Shown piece by piece: positions 28,379 to 43,300 of a stretch of 54,085 nucleotides of DNA (position 1 is its first letter; each line of letters begins with the position of its first letter). Below the pieces are notes generated by a model. It saw only the letters and a list, made by a program, of their open reading frames with translations. It did not search any database and was not told the DNA's origin. Location: IMG/VR virus record IMGVR_UViG_3300014502_000008, positions 1-54,085 of that record; one strand, written 5' to 3'. The DNA comes from a virus (Duplodnaviria; Caudoviricetes). The translations under genes and the position numbers were made by a program.

Positions 28379-31300
28379 TTATTTATTGTGCTTTATGTTT
28401 AATGCTTTAATCTGCTCATTACACTGTTTCATGAGGTCAAGGACCTGGTTACTGCCTTCTGTATCACTAAAATCAATCTCTTTGGATAGCTCTTTGATGT
28501 CCTTGTCGTAACTATTAACTATCTCCTGGTACTCTGCATAGTAGCTATTGCTCTCTGTTCTCTGTACCTGATCGCTTCCCTGGCCTAGCTCTGCCCTCTT
28601 TCCGTATGCTCCAACCAGCTTTTTATGCTTGTCGGACGTCTCTTTCAGATCATAATATTCAGAAATGATATTCCATTTTGCCGGTGGTGTCTCCCGGATG
28701 AACTTATTCACAAATGGCACGTTCTTAAAATCGATTGCTTTATTCGGGTTCATCCATTGTGATAGGGTGGTAAGCAAGTCAGATGCCATAGTCCCGGTGC
28801 CTCCGGTGTAGCCCTGGAAGATATGTTCAATGTATGATGGGTTCCAGTCACGTATCCAGGGGATATCTTTCTCGTTACCATTCTTGTCAGTGTAGAACTT
28901 ATATTGAGTGTCACCGGGGAATATCAGATCGGTAAAGAACTTTATCGCGGGGTTTACATTATCCTTGCCTAGTCCAGAGCTGGCTAGTGAGGCCTCCTGA
29001 TCTTTGGTGAATGGCTCTTTTGCAATCTTAAAGCCCATATAGTTACGGTTTGATGCATTCTCCATGAATGGTTTAATGACTGTTGGCATAATCGGAGCCA
29101 GGCTAAATTCACCTTCCTGAAAGAATCCTCCCAGGTCAATAGGTGTGAGGGATGAAACGAAGTTAACAAGCCCTGCCTTCATCCCGTCTTTAGCTGTCAT
29201 TTTGCCCTGTGAGATATCAAATACTATCGAACCTACACTCTTAAAGCCTCTCCAAAAGTGGGGCAGTGGTATGCTTATGTACTTACCCCCCTTGTCTCCG
29301 CTGTTAAAATACTTCAAGAGGTTTGGGATAACCAGGTAGTTCTGGCGCATGTATGGATTGATGTTCTGGTATTTTTCATCATCATCGTCACCGTCAGTTG
29401 CAGAGTTCATGAGGGCCTCAAGGAATCCCGCTACCATGAAAGAGACTGCAACGGTAGTAAACCTGGCCGGCGCATCCTTCGCCAGTTTGGAGTTCTTCTG
29501 TAAGGACTGCAAGGCTACATTGAAGAAGGCATAGAGTGAATCCCAGGCCTTGCTTCCTTTGCCTTTCCTGTTGAAGTTTACAGAGGCTTCCTTCGCATCA
29601 TAAGCTGCGTCCTCGTCTGACTTACCCTCTTGTATTGCTGATATGAACACTGAAAACCTTGTAGCATCCTCAAAGACCTGGTTCCAATGTGTGATAGCCT
29701 GGGCAGCATTATAGACTGCTTCCCTTGATTCACCTTTCAGTGTACCCCTGCTTACCATTCTCCTGATCTCCCTGTTCAGATCCTTTTCAATCTCTTCCGG
29801 GGTCTTATTATGTGAATAGCCGGTAGCTGCTCCTGCATTATAAAACCTTTCTAACATCTGGTCCTCTTCGTTATTCATATTAGGCTTGCCTAGTATGTGC
29901 CTTATGATAGCTGGGAAGGACTTTTTATAATTTACAAGGACCTTAGTCCCGGAATTACCCTTTATCCATTGGGTCAAGGTGGCTTCTGGTGCATCCCTCA
30001 TGAAGTTAGTGAATGGGAATACTACATTCCAGCTGGTCATTGTAGCCTTCATGAAGTTGTTTATCTGGCCTATAAAAGCCAATCCCTTATTCATATCCCT
30101 GGCATCCGCAATACCACCAAGTATGCTATGGTACATGTAATTCTGCTTATTCAAGGCCTGAGCAACCGGCAGGTATTTACCTTTGAAGATCATAACGATA
30201 TCACCATTGAGTTTACGGACTGTTACCTCATGCTCGTCAGCGTTCATCGGGGCTCTTAATTTCTGGTGTTCCCTGTATATTCTGGTTTGTACCCTTCCTT
30301 CATCCCATAATGCCTGGGGTGGTCTTTCGATTGTCGGTTCATATTCATAAGTCCCGTCTGGCAGGTCAATCCTGATATAGTATAGCTTCTTAATGGTAGC
30401 CATATCGTGTATGTCGTCATTCGCCAGGTTCTTGAGCAGGAGCTTTAACATTGAACCCTTAACCTCATTATCAACCTGTTCGCCTATGGCTTGAAACTGT
30501 GTATTAAGGACATATGCCAGTGGATTGTCGGCTAAAGACTTCCTTCCCTCAGCATGTTTGAGTGAGTTGGAAGTACCTGAACCCTTTGTGTAAACCAGGC
30601 CCTTAGCTGCTCCCTCTCTCCATCCTCTGAGTGGCACGAAGTACTTGAACTTATCAAGGTATTCCTGTTTCTGTTCAGGAGATATCCGTTGGGCTACTTC
30701 CCAGGTATCAAGAATGTTTGATGTGGCAGTTTTCATATTACTCCAAAGATCATCTATAAGCTCTTTAGGTGCCAGCCCTTCAAACTCTTCTACTATATCC
30801 TTAGCCAGCTCTTCCGGGTTGGTGTATTTACTTTCCTTCCCTGCCAATGGCATCACCCCTGAATAGTCTTTATTCTCAATAGCCTGAATCAGTTCTTGCC
30901 TGGATTCTTCATACTGCTTGGTCTTTGTCCTTATCTGGCCTGCAGAAGCCTTCGGATTATCCTCTAGCCACTTGTTAAGTATCCCTGTCTGATCGTTAGT
31001 CCATTCTGTCAGCTCTCTTTCTCTGAATGACGGGTTACGTTCCAGGGCATGTTTGGCAATAAGGTATGGTAGTATATTCTCTCCTGTGAATCCTGCCTTG
31101 ATCAGCTTAGAAACAGATTTCAGTACTGGCTTCATCTTTAGCTCAGAGAAGTCCTTATACAGCTTCTCCTGCCTTCCGAATGCCAGGCTTATGTCTCGGT
31201 ATGATTTGGCATCATTGGTCTGCTTGCCTCCCTTCTTTAACATGGTTTCCTCAAACCAGCGTACTGGCAGGTTCATATCCTGAAGATATTCCCGGATACC

Positions 31301-34300
31301 CTGTAATGTCTCGTGCAGGCTCCGCTTTGTCTCCTTCTCAGCTGCAATATCGGTAGCTGTCTGCAATGGGCCTTCTTCATCTACCAACTTGGAATGTACC
31401 CCTGATCCTGGTCCATCAGTCCCTCCCTTGAATAAGACATAATCAGAACTACCGTATATGATTCCATCAATACCAGCCCTGCTAAGGAATTGTGAGGCTG
31501 CCTTAGTAGTTCCCAGGGCCTTAGTGAGCATGTCATATACTTTTGATGCTGGTGTTACGTCCCAAACTGCAAGCTCAAGGGCTGCATTGTTTATGCCCTC
31601 TGCCTTCATCTGGTCAGCTATCTTAACAGTCTGTGCTGCGGTAAGGTGTTTCTTCGTATTAAGCATGTCCTTACCGGCAATCTTCGTCATATCAGAGCCA
31701 TAATTGCCCCAAATGTCTGACCGGACCGGATTGATTGACCTGTCATAAACAGTCATGGCGTCCAGGTAGTCTTCCGCTGTTGTGAAGTCTTTACCTTTGG
31801 GCTTTGCCTGCTTCTCAAGGTTCTTTTTGCTTTCCCGGAGTAAGCTATGAATATCGCTAGGGGTAAAGTCCACCTTGAAGATATTGCGTAACAGTTCCCT
31901 GATCTTGGATATTACCCGATTAAGCAATGTTGGGTTGATATCCTTCTCTGCCATGTCTGCCAGGTACTCTTCAGCAATCAGGTCCGGGTCTTTCGATCTG
32001 TAAACCTTACCAATCCGGGATATTTCTTCCTGTTCCATGCTGTCATACACATCGTTTAGCAGCTTCTTGTGTGCTGTCTCTCCTAGTAGTGTCCTTAATC
32101 CTTTGTGCGCTACTGCCTCATGTAAAACTGTTACCAGGGCCTCCTGGAAGTTCTTTGTTTCAGCAAGGTTTATCCATATCTCACCTGTTTCATCAACATA
32201 CAAGCCCGGTACCCGCTTGTTTCCTGCTGTCTTTTTAAGATAATCCTGAACGTCACTCGGGAACTCTGATCTGTTACGTGCAAAACTGACCTTAATACCT
32301 AGCCTGTTGGCAAGCAATTCAACCCTTCCCCTGATTTCCCTTTCCTTCTGGCTCTCCTGTCCGTTGTTCTTTGCTTCCAACCATGCAACCGGGTCAACCT
32401 CATTAATAATTGGCTGTGCCTGCACTTCTGTTGTAGGGGAAAACAGTACATCACCAATATTGAATAGTAATTTCTGTCCCTGATTCTCTTTCTCGGCTGT
32501 TGTGGCTGTTTGCTCCATCTTTTTGAGCATGTCATTCATCCCGGCAAGAGTATTATCATAGTCCTGCAGAACCCTTTTTATGTTCTCAATGGAACCATCC
32601 TGAGGGATATCAAACATTGAAGCCTGTTTAACTACTGGCTCTGGTGTCCCGAATAGATCAAGGCTGCTCTGGCTGGCTAATCTCCTGGCTAGCTCGTTCT
32701 TCTTAGCATCCCTGGCCTGTACGGTATTTCTAATCCTGCGCTTTATGTCCTCAATCTCTGCTCCAAGAGAAGGGCTGTCAGTGGCAATACGAAGGTGTAC
32801 CCCTGGATCGTCAGGATCTTCCTCTGGTCCGTTATCTTCTAGGTCGCTAAGTTCATTCTCCAGGTCTTTGAGGCTTCCCCCTTTCACATTCTCTAGGTCC
32901 TTGCTCGCTGCCTGGTTCTCACCCTGCATCTTAACCTCTAGTTCTGCAACCTCTTTGGCAGTTTCGTCCAGCTTGGCCTGTTTATCGAATGGCTTGGTGA
33001 GAAATTCTTCAAACTCAGGTATGTTAGCCTCGTTCCGCTTCAAGTATTCTTGAAAATACTCAACCTTTTCAGGATATATTTTTAACTGATTCGTAAAGGA
33101 TGTCAGGAACCCTCCCCCTGTGGTGAATGAGCCTGAAATATCTGTACTCCGGGACGTTGAGCCTTCTGGTGAATGGTCATAGAAAAACTTGTCCGGTCCG
33201 ATATTGTAAGTAACTCTTATCGGGGCTGCATACCCATTGACCTTAATCATTAAAGGATTAGCATTGTCCGTTGTACTCTTCTTGTAAGCAATGTATTTCA
33301 GCATTTCCACATCAAGCCTCTTGATCATAGCCTCTTTGCCTTCTGCTTTCGTGCCTCCCACTGTTACACTGGTTACTTCATTCTTAGGGAAGTCCTTAGC
33401 AAATAGCCCTATGGAATGCTTTACCTCTTCAAGTATCCTGGTGTATGTAACCACTGACTGCTTCGCATTCTTCAGGTTGCTCTTTGCCTCAATAAGACTT
33501 CGTTCATGGTTGAGTTTGGCTGTCTTTAGCTTTCGTAAATCAAAGGACTTCTGTTGCCAAAGGATAGCGAACTGACTGCCTGATAACTGGCTCATCATTG
33601 CATCGAATGACTGATCAGTCTGGTTATTGTCCGAATCATCGTTCATCTCCCTGTCTAATCCTTCGGCCTTCATCATCTGATTGATGAACTTCTGCTTAAT
33701 GGCTAGTCTCTGGTAGGCTGTTGCGTCCAGTGTCTTTTCAACTCCGTATGTCAGCACTTCAACCGGAAGTCCTAACTGTGAATGGCTATTCCCCTGTCGT
33801 ATAATCCTGCCATTGCGCTGTTCAAACTTCATCGGCATATCTGGTGCATCAATATGATGAGCAGCTTTAAGAAGGTCCTGAATATTTACCCCGGTGCCTA
33901 ACCTGGGAGTACTCCCCATTATAAACCTTAATTCTCCGCTACGCACTTTCTGGAAAATACCTTCCAGCTTCGTCCCCTTTTGATCTGATATTATTTCAAT
34001 CTCATGAGCTGGTACGCCCTGAGCCATGAGCTTCTGTTTAATATCATGATAAAGATTAAACCTTTCTTGTCCTGTCCTTAAATTCGGGGACTGGTACATG
34101 TCTGAGAAAATCGCCTGTGTCCCTAAGTAATCTGCTGATTTGTGATACAGCCTCATTGCCTCCTTGACAACCATGTTCGTCTTGCTCCCTGGGTCGTCAG
34201 GATTGTCTGGACTTAACAGTCTAAGGTCAATGGCTGCTTGCTTGGCTCTCCCGAATATTACAATAGGGATATGCCTCATAGCTCTCTTCTGTTTACCGGT

Positions 34301-37300
34301 AAGTTTCTCCCACTCAGCCAGCGTTCTCTTAAATACATTCATCTGTGCCTGTAATGGTTCGGTCTGTGGCATTATAACCTTTGTGAACTCACCGTTTTTT
34401 AGCTTGGGTATATTATTGCCCTCTTTGAACTCCTGCACATCATCGGTAAGAACGACATCAGCAACGGACCGGAAAGCCTTTAATAGTTCAGGTGCATTGA
34501 TATATGATTTGAACCTGTTTACGATCTTGAAGTTCCCGGAAGCGTTAAACTCAAGGGATGGCTCTATGCTTCCGAAGGTCCGGGCAAAATCGTCAAACCT
34601 TTCAATCCTGTATGCTTTTAATACATCAGGTGACAGGAACTTCATTACAGTCCATAACTCAGCCATTGTATTTGTTATCGGTGTGCCGGTAGCAAATACA
34701 ACATTCTTTTTCCCCATCTGCTCATGAATGAACCTAACCTTCATGTGAAGGCCTAAAGCTCTTTGGGACCCTGTGGTATCAATACCTTTGACATTGGTCT
34801 GTGCTGTGGCAAAACCTAGCTTCTTGTAAGCGTGTGATTCATCAACAAACAAGGCATCGACACCCATCTTCTCAAACAAGACAACATCGTCTTTGCGCCT
34901 GGAAGCCTGAGTTGTTATCTTAGTTGTTACTGCTGCTCCTGCTTTTGCCACGTCTTTAACAGACTTACTCCTGCCTTTGGGCTTCCCTAAGTTCACTAGG
35001 TCCTCTTCCAGTGCCTCAATAGCCTTCCTGGTATTCTTGGCTGCAACATTGTTATAAGCCCCATCGTCAACCTCTGCGAGTACATCTTCCAGCTCTGCAA
35101 TACGTTCCCTTATATACTCTCTCTCTCTAGCAGGATCATCAGGAATGAAGTTCAGGAAGCTCTGAGGAATTATGACTGCATCCCAATCGCCATAAGCTAT
35201 TTTATTAAGGAGCTTCTGCCTGCTCTCGGATTCCATCTGGTTCTTTGTCGGCACAAGTATCTTTGCCCCAGGGTATAGCTTTTTAAAATCACCCCCAAAC
35301 TGTTCAAGGGTGGAATTGTTGACCACCATTAAAGGTTTCTTTGCTATTCCTAGCCTACGCATCTCCATTGCAGCGGTAATCATGGTATAAGTCTTGCCTG
35401 TCCCAACCTGGTGAGCCAATAAGGTAGTGCCTCTTAATATCCTGCCTACTGCTTTGCTTTGATGTGCTCTCAGTGTTATATCCGGGTTTGCACCTGGGTA
35501 TTGTTTGAATGAAGGCATGGAGTAATTCTTCTCTACATAATCATTGTACTGATCGTTATAGATTGTCTCCAATGTTTCCATTTCTGTTTTCTGGTTCGGC
35601 ATCCAGTTAAGGAATAAGTCTGAAATCTCATCCATCTTACCCTGAGCTGCTGCTGTGGCTTCCGGGTCCCTTCTCTCTGTCCTCTGTCTGGTAACCGGAT
35701 CGTATTCCCGTTTCATTACGGTAGGGGTATGCAGGTTGAGAATCTTATCAATAAGTTCAATAGCTTTAAAATCAGTGGTTGCGTAAGTTCCCTGATTCTT
35801 TGCATTGTATTCATTACCTTTGTTTGATATCAACCAAGTACCGGTTCCCTGGTTAAAGAAAACCTTGCAGTCAACATCGATAGTCTCTTTAATAAACCTT
35901 TGGACTATATGACCTGGTATCCAGGGAGTGCCTAGCTTGTATTTAATCATCAAGCCCGGTATGTCTTTAGGGATAACCTTCTTGAGTGCGTCAACATTCT
36001 TCTTATAATCCGGATTATCTTCAACCAGGGCCTCTGCTACCTTTAACTTAGTTCTTACATACCCTGACAAGTAGGTCTCCTTATCCTCTAACAAGGCATT
36101 GGACGGATTTATAAATGCCAGACCTTCTTCCAGGAGCTTGTTTGTTGCTGTTTCTTTGTCGGTCCCTGTAAGTGAGGCTATGTAGTCAATATCTAGCTTG
36201 CCCCGGTAACTCATAGATACATTCAGGGCATCTGCAACATTTTCAGCTTTGGTAGGTTCTTCTACCGGGTAGTTAATCCTTTTTGAGAATATGTCACTCT
36301 TTGAGATCTCATATCTACGATACACCCCGCCAACCTTATTTGTCAGTATCTTATTTTCTACATCTTCCAGGGCTGACACTAGGTTGAACTCTGAATCATC
36401 TTCCAGAAATTCAAGTTTCTTATTCCGGTTGAATGTACCATAAGCCTTTACAAAGGAATCATAGGCTGTGTTTAGCTTGCTGCGTGTATCCTCAATGTCC
36501 TGCTCTGAGCTGTCCTTGCTCATTTCACTATCAAGGAGGGCCTTAGCTAGCTGTTTCAGATTTAGATACTCCCTTGTTATGGTCTTGTAGGGTACTGACC
36601 TCTTGCCTGAAGTGAAGTTATCATTATTCCAGGCTACTGGATGAAGCTCACCACCATTGACCTCATAGATCGTATCGTCCCGGTCAATTATTGTCCCTTC
36701 TTTGTCCCCTACCTCTGAGCCCTTTGCGCCTACCTCTGCTTTTGTAGCTACGGTAATGTTCTCCGGAAGTGACTTAATAGCCTCTTCCAAGAGTGCCTGG
36801 GTGTCTTGACCTTTGTCCGGGGTCAGTGTTTCGGAATCACCTGAGTAAAGCCCTCCTTTATTCACCTGGTATGCCAATACCATCTTGCCTAACATCATTT
36901 CAGGGTGTTTGATGTAGTACTCATTAACATCAATACCAACCTCTGCCCCGTTCTGGTTTTTTGTCTTGGTTAGTTCTGCTACTGATCTGAATGGTTCTGC
37001 GTATGGAGAAGGTGTCGTGCTTAGTCTTTTCTGAAATATCAGCATGTCGCTGGTTACTTCCGTCCCTGCGTTCTCTGAAAAGGTGTTGTTTGGCAGTCTT
37101 ATTGCTCCGATAAGGTCTGCATTACCTTCTGCTGCTACCCACTCCCTGAACTTTGCACTTGCAGCATTATCCATTGACGATTTAGAGGTAATGAACACCC
37201 CAATTCCCCCGGCTTTAAGTTGCTTAATGCCTTTTGCAATGAAATAGTTATGAAGTGAGAAGCCTTTAAGGTCCTTATTCTTTGCATCAAATGGTGCAGT

Positions 37301-40300
37301 CTGTCCGAAGGGGACGTTTGTCATGATAAGGTCAATGCTTCCGGGACCTTCAACTGCATTTTCATACCCGGTCACCCTCATTGTACCCTCAGGATATAGC
37401 TTTGACAGTATCCTTCCGGTAGTATTGTCCAGTTCATACCCTCTGAAACTTGAATTTTGTGCTATGTTCTGTGGAGCAAGACCGAAGAAGTGACCTATTC
37501 CAGCCCCAGGGTCAAGCACTGAACCACCTTTGAACCCTAGTCTCTCTGCAATGGACCAGGCCTGCTTGATTATTGGTGCAGGGGTGTAGTATGCAGTCAG
37601 AGTGGAAGTAACTGCCTGAGCAAACTCTTCCGCTGTCAGGAGCTTCTTGACTGCCTGATAGTGTGTATAGTATTTCTTAGCCCAATTCTCAGCCTGAGCG
37701 TCACTTCCCCATCCTCTTTCTTTAATCCTTTCATAGGTCCTGGCATTCTCAGCATGCAACACATTAGCAAGGCCTCCCCATCCGGTATAGGCTGCTAGTT
37801 TCTTCTTCTCTTCGGGTGTTGCGTTACGATTCTGTTTCTCCAGGGTTTGGAGTAACCGTATTGCTTGAAGGTTGGCTGTGATCTTTGCTATTTCACCCCT
37901 GGGAACAATGACATCATCAGGGGTAATGACGTGATTAAGACTATTTACATCTCGCTGAACATCTGGTTTCGATCCTGTATCAGGTAGGCTACTATTTCCG
38001 GTGTCATTCCCAGGCTGTTCATTATTTCCCACTTCTGGTGTTTTGTTATCTCCAGGTCCGGCTTGGTCGGACTCTTCGGATACGGGAACATCTGGTGCAT
38101 TGCTTTGTCCCATGCTTCCCTGTCCGGGGTGGACATCAGCAGGTTTGTTAGAACTTTCCCTGCCTGCTGGTTTATTTCCAGTAGGTGTTCCTTTAGTTTC
38201 CCTTCTTGGTGCAAAGAGATCAGTAAGTGAGGTTGGTTCTTGATCAACCAGTTTATCCTTCCCACTGACCAGATTGTCTGGTGCGATTGAAGTGTTGGCT
38301 GTGTTTTCATTGACCGGAGTATTAGCTACATCTAAGTTATCACTTATATTCGGATTGACAGGTTTATTCCCTGCTAAATCTGCAATGCCATTCATGAAAT
38401 CATCAGACTGCTTCAGTTCTGGTTTCTTTAGCCCTGATTCTTTTACTACATTTTCCGGGACCGGTTTGCTATCGAATATAGCGTGCATTACAATAGGCTG
38501 GTAATGCTGATTTATGGCTTTATCAATCCATTCTTTAGCAATACCCTTGTTTTGCTCGTCTGTTGTAGCATGGTAGGAAGTAACGCTTTGTTGAATAGGT
38601 TTCTTGTCCTGGCCTAACTGTGCGAAGTCAATCTCCCCGTTATAAACAGCATCAGAGAACTCCTTCAAGGTCATTTGCCATATTTCTTTTGGCTCCTTCT
38701 TCTCTTCGGTGATCTTATTAACGTCAGCTTTCGATACTGTTTCATACTGGTCCATGCCCTCGGCATCAAATTCGGGCCAGTCTCTTACTGCGTTGTAGAA
38801 CGATTTTAAGTAGGGCTTAATGGCATCGCCCATATCTTGAATCATTGCCTTAACAAAGTCTGTGAACTTCCTGGCACCTGATTCTATATGATAACCAGCT
38901 AGGGTTATCCCGGCTTGCATTGTCTCCGGGTCTATTCCCACGTTAAGGTTGCCTAGTTTGCTCCTGAGTATTGCTCTGGCTTTATCGGCTGCCTCCTTAG
39001 TAAATACTTTATTGGATTCTCCGTAACCTGACTTGGCTACTTCTGGTTGTTTTCCCTGGCTGCTTTCCTCTGTTCCAGCTCGTACTTCATCTCCCTGATC
39101 ACGTCCAGCGGGTGTTTCTTCTCGGCTATGGCTCTGATTTTCACCAGGTCCTTTACTGCTTTCAAGACTTGTGCTCTTTCTTCTTCTTGCTTGCTCATTT
39201 TGTAGTTCAGTATTAAGGTCGTGTAACTGATCTTCCCGTAACTTGAATGGAAAGGTAGTGAAGTGACCTGGATTAAACTTAATATCCTCAAGTAATTTAT
39301 CAACATTCAGACCATTTTTGTCTGAATACTCCATCACTATGTCTTTGACTTCGGGGTCGTTCATAATCCCGTCAGCTACTTCTACAACTTCTGGCTCATT
39401 GTCAATGTCTGCCTTTATTTGTGCCTCGTCATAGCCTTCAGGTAGCATGTGGTCGGGCATTACCTCTTTCCCCTGGAATCTTTCCAGGGCTTTTAACATA
39501 TTGCCTGGGGTGGAATACTTCTTGAGTATGTCAATGATAGAGTTAGGCATATCTTTACTCTCCCCTCCATCGGTAAACTGGAAGGCGTTCTCTAGCTTCT
39601 CATGAAATACATCTAATGCCACACCATCCTCACTGACAAGTCCTAAAAATTGCAATTTCCGTAACTCTTCGGAGCCTCTTTTGAATCCGGTATCACTTAT
39701 TACATCCTCTGTCTTAACCTTCCCTTTTCCAACAAAGAACTGAAGTACTGCTTCTTCAAATGAATTGGCAGGGCTATCTAATGCTATCTGTGTCCGGGAT
39801 TTGCTTTTTTTCTTAGGCTTAACCTGGTATGCAGGTTGCTTGGTCCTTGTGCCATCACCTAACCACTTTTTGAAGTCACTAACCTTCATGGCTGTCACGT
39901 TCCCTAGTCCCTTCCAGTCCGGGGAGTAGTTAGAGTTATAAGCATCGGTAGCCTCTTTAGCGGACCGGAAGCCCATCATGACCTTATGTTCATCAAAATT
40001 GCCCTGCGTGTCTAACTGGTCAACGACAAATACCCATCCTGACCCTGGGTGATCTCCCAGGAATACATCAACCTGGTCACCATCCTTACCCTGGGTACGT
40101 CTGAAGTAACCATAGGAATTGTTCATCAGCTGACTGTGGCTCTTCCCCTTCCTGATCGTTCCGGGTGCGTTCTTTAGAGTTATATCCATTCCCTGAATGG
40201 TTACATGCCCTTTCTTTGCGTTCCCTGCTTCGATCTGTGCATCGGAAGGGTGACCATCTACCTGGTCATTGGCTTTTGTAATCGAAACATGATCTTTGTT

Positions 40301-43300
40301 ATGTGCCGGTGCCTGCTTCTCTTGAATATTTGTAATATCTTTCCAATACACATTAGAACAGACACCACCTATTTCCCCTTCGCCTTCTATAGGGTCTAAA
40401 GAGTGAACATTTAGAATACCTTCCGTATTGTCAATATCGTCAATCATCCACACCCCTTGTTTTAATACAGTTGTTGGTACTAATCCATCTTTATAAGTAT
40501 AAGAGACTTCTGCATCAGGATTGATTTCAATGATTTGGCCTTTTTTAAATGATTCAAGTGTATATTTCTCTGCCGGTGCCTGTTTTTCAATTTCATTCTT
40601 AGCCCACTGATTGTTTTGATATGCCTCCAATACATTCATTGGTACTTCTTTCCCGGCTGCAATCGCATCCTTAACATGTTGGGGATGGGCTGATTTAGCA
40701 ATGGCTATTTCATCAGACCCGGTTCCAATCGTAGAAGCATACTCGGAAGGTGTCATTTGCCAGGATTCCTTCTTAACTGGTGCCTGCTTCAATTCAGGAT
40801 ACTCAGCCAGTACATTGTCAGGAATTGTCTCACCCTGCTGTATTGCCACAGGTACAATCCGGTTCTTGTGTTCTGACAAGTACTGCTTCCTTAGTCTCTC
40901 AGATGAACCAGGCATTGCATGTTCTGATAGTTTTGTTAATTCCTGATCAGCATACTCCTTACTGGTCATTTGCCAGGGCTGCTTAGGTTGGCTCAATTCT
41001 GAGCCGATCTCTACCGGTCCTTTTGCCTCTCCCTGTGGCTCTGACTGTCTTATCCTTTCCTGTTCAGCCTCAAATTCAGCCTTTATCTCCGCATGAATCT
41101 GTTTTGCCTCCTCTGGTCCTACCTCCGGGACCTCGTTATAAATCTGCTCAGGTGTAGAATTGGCAGCATCCTCATACATGCCTCCGAAGTAGTCAAGTAC
41201 CAGGTTCTTTTTCTGCTGGTATGTTGGCTCTCCTGTACTTTTCTTGCTCTCATTGACTGCATTAGCCAGGGGAGTATCAAGATTCGGGGTGTTCTTTGAT
41301 ATGTTTGCCTGTGCTTTGTCAGCCAGGGGTGTGTCAGATTCAATAGGCCTGGCATTGCCCTGTAAATCGGATACCTGCCCGTCCGTTTGTGCGGTAGCAG
41401 TTTCATCCAGTACAGGGCTTGCCTTCTTCGCTGTTACAGCTTTGGGTGTGGCCTTAATCGTGTATGTGTCGGGGGTGAAATCATCACCACTATCTTGCAT
41501 TTGAACCTCAAAGTTCACCTTTGGGTATAGTTCTGTGAGCTTATCCAGGGTTGTGGTAGCTTGTTTGGGAGTGTTGAATACCTGGTCAACGGTATAAGTT
41601 CCGTCCTCTGCCGGGGTGATTGACAGCTCGTTCTTACCGTCTGAAATCTTCCGGGCTTTCGCTGGCGCAGGTTGTGTAGGTGGCAATTCGCTGTTTGCTA
41701 CTTCGCCATTTTGCCCCCTTTGATTATCAGGCTGTTGCAATATCGCGGCTCCCTGATCAGGGTTCGCGGACTGCTGCTGCTGCAATGATGCTACATCAGC
41801 TGTATTGGGTTGTGCGCCTGCTGATTGATCACCAATGATATTATTGAACTGGTCCGGCGTTATCTCTGCAAGGGTGCCGGTACCGTCTTTGGTAATCTCT
41901 TCAACGGATAATGTACCATCGGCTGCAACATCAGAAACAGTCCATTTCCTGCCCTGGTATTCAATAGGCTGTCCTGGTTGGTAGGCTGATTGTTGCATGG
42001 CTGCATCTTTCTCACCCTGTGCCTTACCTGCTTGGTACTCGTTCATTTCATTGTCAAACCATTCCTGGTAGGGAACTGGCTTCTGTTCTACTATGTCAGT
42101 ACTCTTTATGAACTTAGGACTGACCTTTGAGAAATCAAACTCAGCTGCTTTGAGTTCATCAATGTTATAGGCAGGGTGAAACGTGTCACCATTCACACCG
42201 GCAGGCTCTTTAATGAAATACTTGTCACCTAACTTGGTGCTGGCAATGGTCATGGTCGGATTCGGGTCCTCTGCAAGTGTCCCGTTGCCAAACTTTAGCC
42301 TTTCCCCGTATGAATTGATTGTGTGTTCTGCATTGTACTGTTCAGTTACGGCAGGAGGAACGTTCAAGGGGCCTGTTGTAAGGCCTGTTCCCTGATCTCC
42401 TGTTGTTGGAGGCTGTACTTTGGCTTTATTGGCTGCCATTCTCTCCCTGATACTACCTACACCAGAGAATCCGAAGCCTGTTGCAGCTCCGATAGCTGTT
42501 GATTCAACCACTCCATTGGTTAAGCTCTCTATACTCCATTGGTCCTGATCAGGATTCTCGTTTGTTGCAGCACTGATAATGTTGCCGGCAAAGGTGTTTA
42601 CTCCTTCTGACAAACCTTCATGTACTGGTGCCAGCCATAAGCCTATTCTCTTATAGGCATCACTTATGACCTTCTTCAATCCTGTTTTAACTGCTTCTGT
42701 TGCGCCTTCTCTTCCTGCTGACTTTATTGCACTCTTGACCATCTGTTGCATCTCGGCAGTACCATATACCTCTGTAAGGGATTCAAAGAGGCCATAACCT
42801 AGCATGTTTGCTACTTTTGCAGGGTCACCCATCTCCGGGTTGAAGTCCTCTAACTTGTCATACTGTTGGGCTGCTGCCTGTGCACCCATCCCTATCAAAC
42901 CTGCGGGACCTGTAAAGGCAGCGGTTAAGGTTGCTGGTAATGATTCAACTGCACCAAGTACTGTTCTGCCTAATGCCTTCCCGTATTGCTTGTTTTTGAT
43001 GTAGCTCCCGATTGATTTATCCAGGCTGTTACTCTGGTTCTGCATCTTTTCTGTAAAGGCATCCAGTTTCTTTACTGCTCCTGAGTGTGCCATTGTTACA
43101 GCTGGGCTCTGGTTCTTTGTCGAAACTCCTCCGCTTATGTTAGGCCTTAACCAAACATCATCATAATTCTTGAGTAGTGCCTGGCTCTCTTCGGGTGCTA
43201 GTGTTCCGTCTTTCCCAGCTTTCTCAATGTATGCCTTAGAAAACATATCAAATGGCAGGTTAGACAATGCATCAACAGCCTGTGGTATCTTCAATAATGA

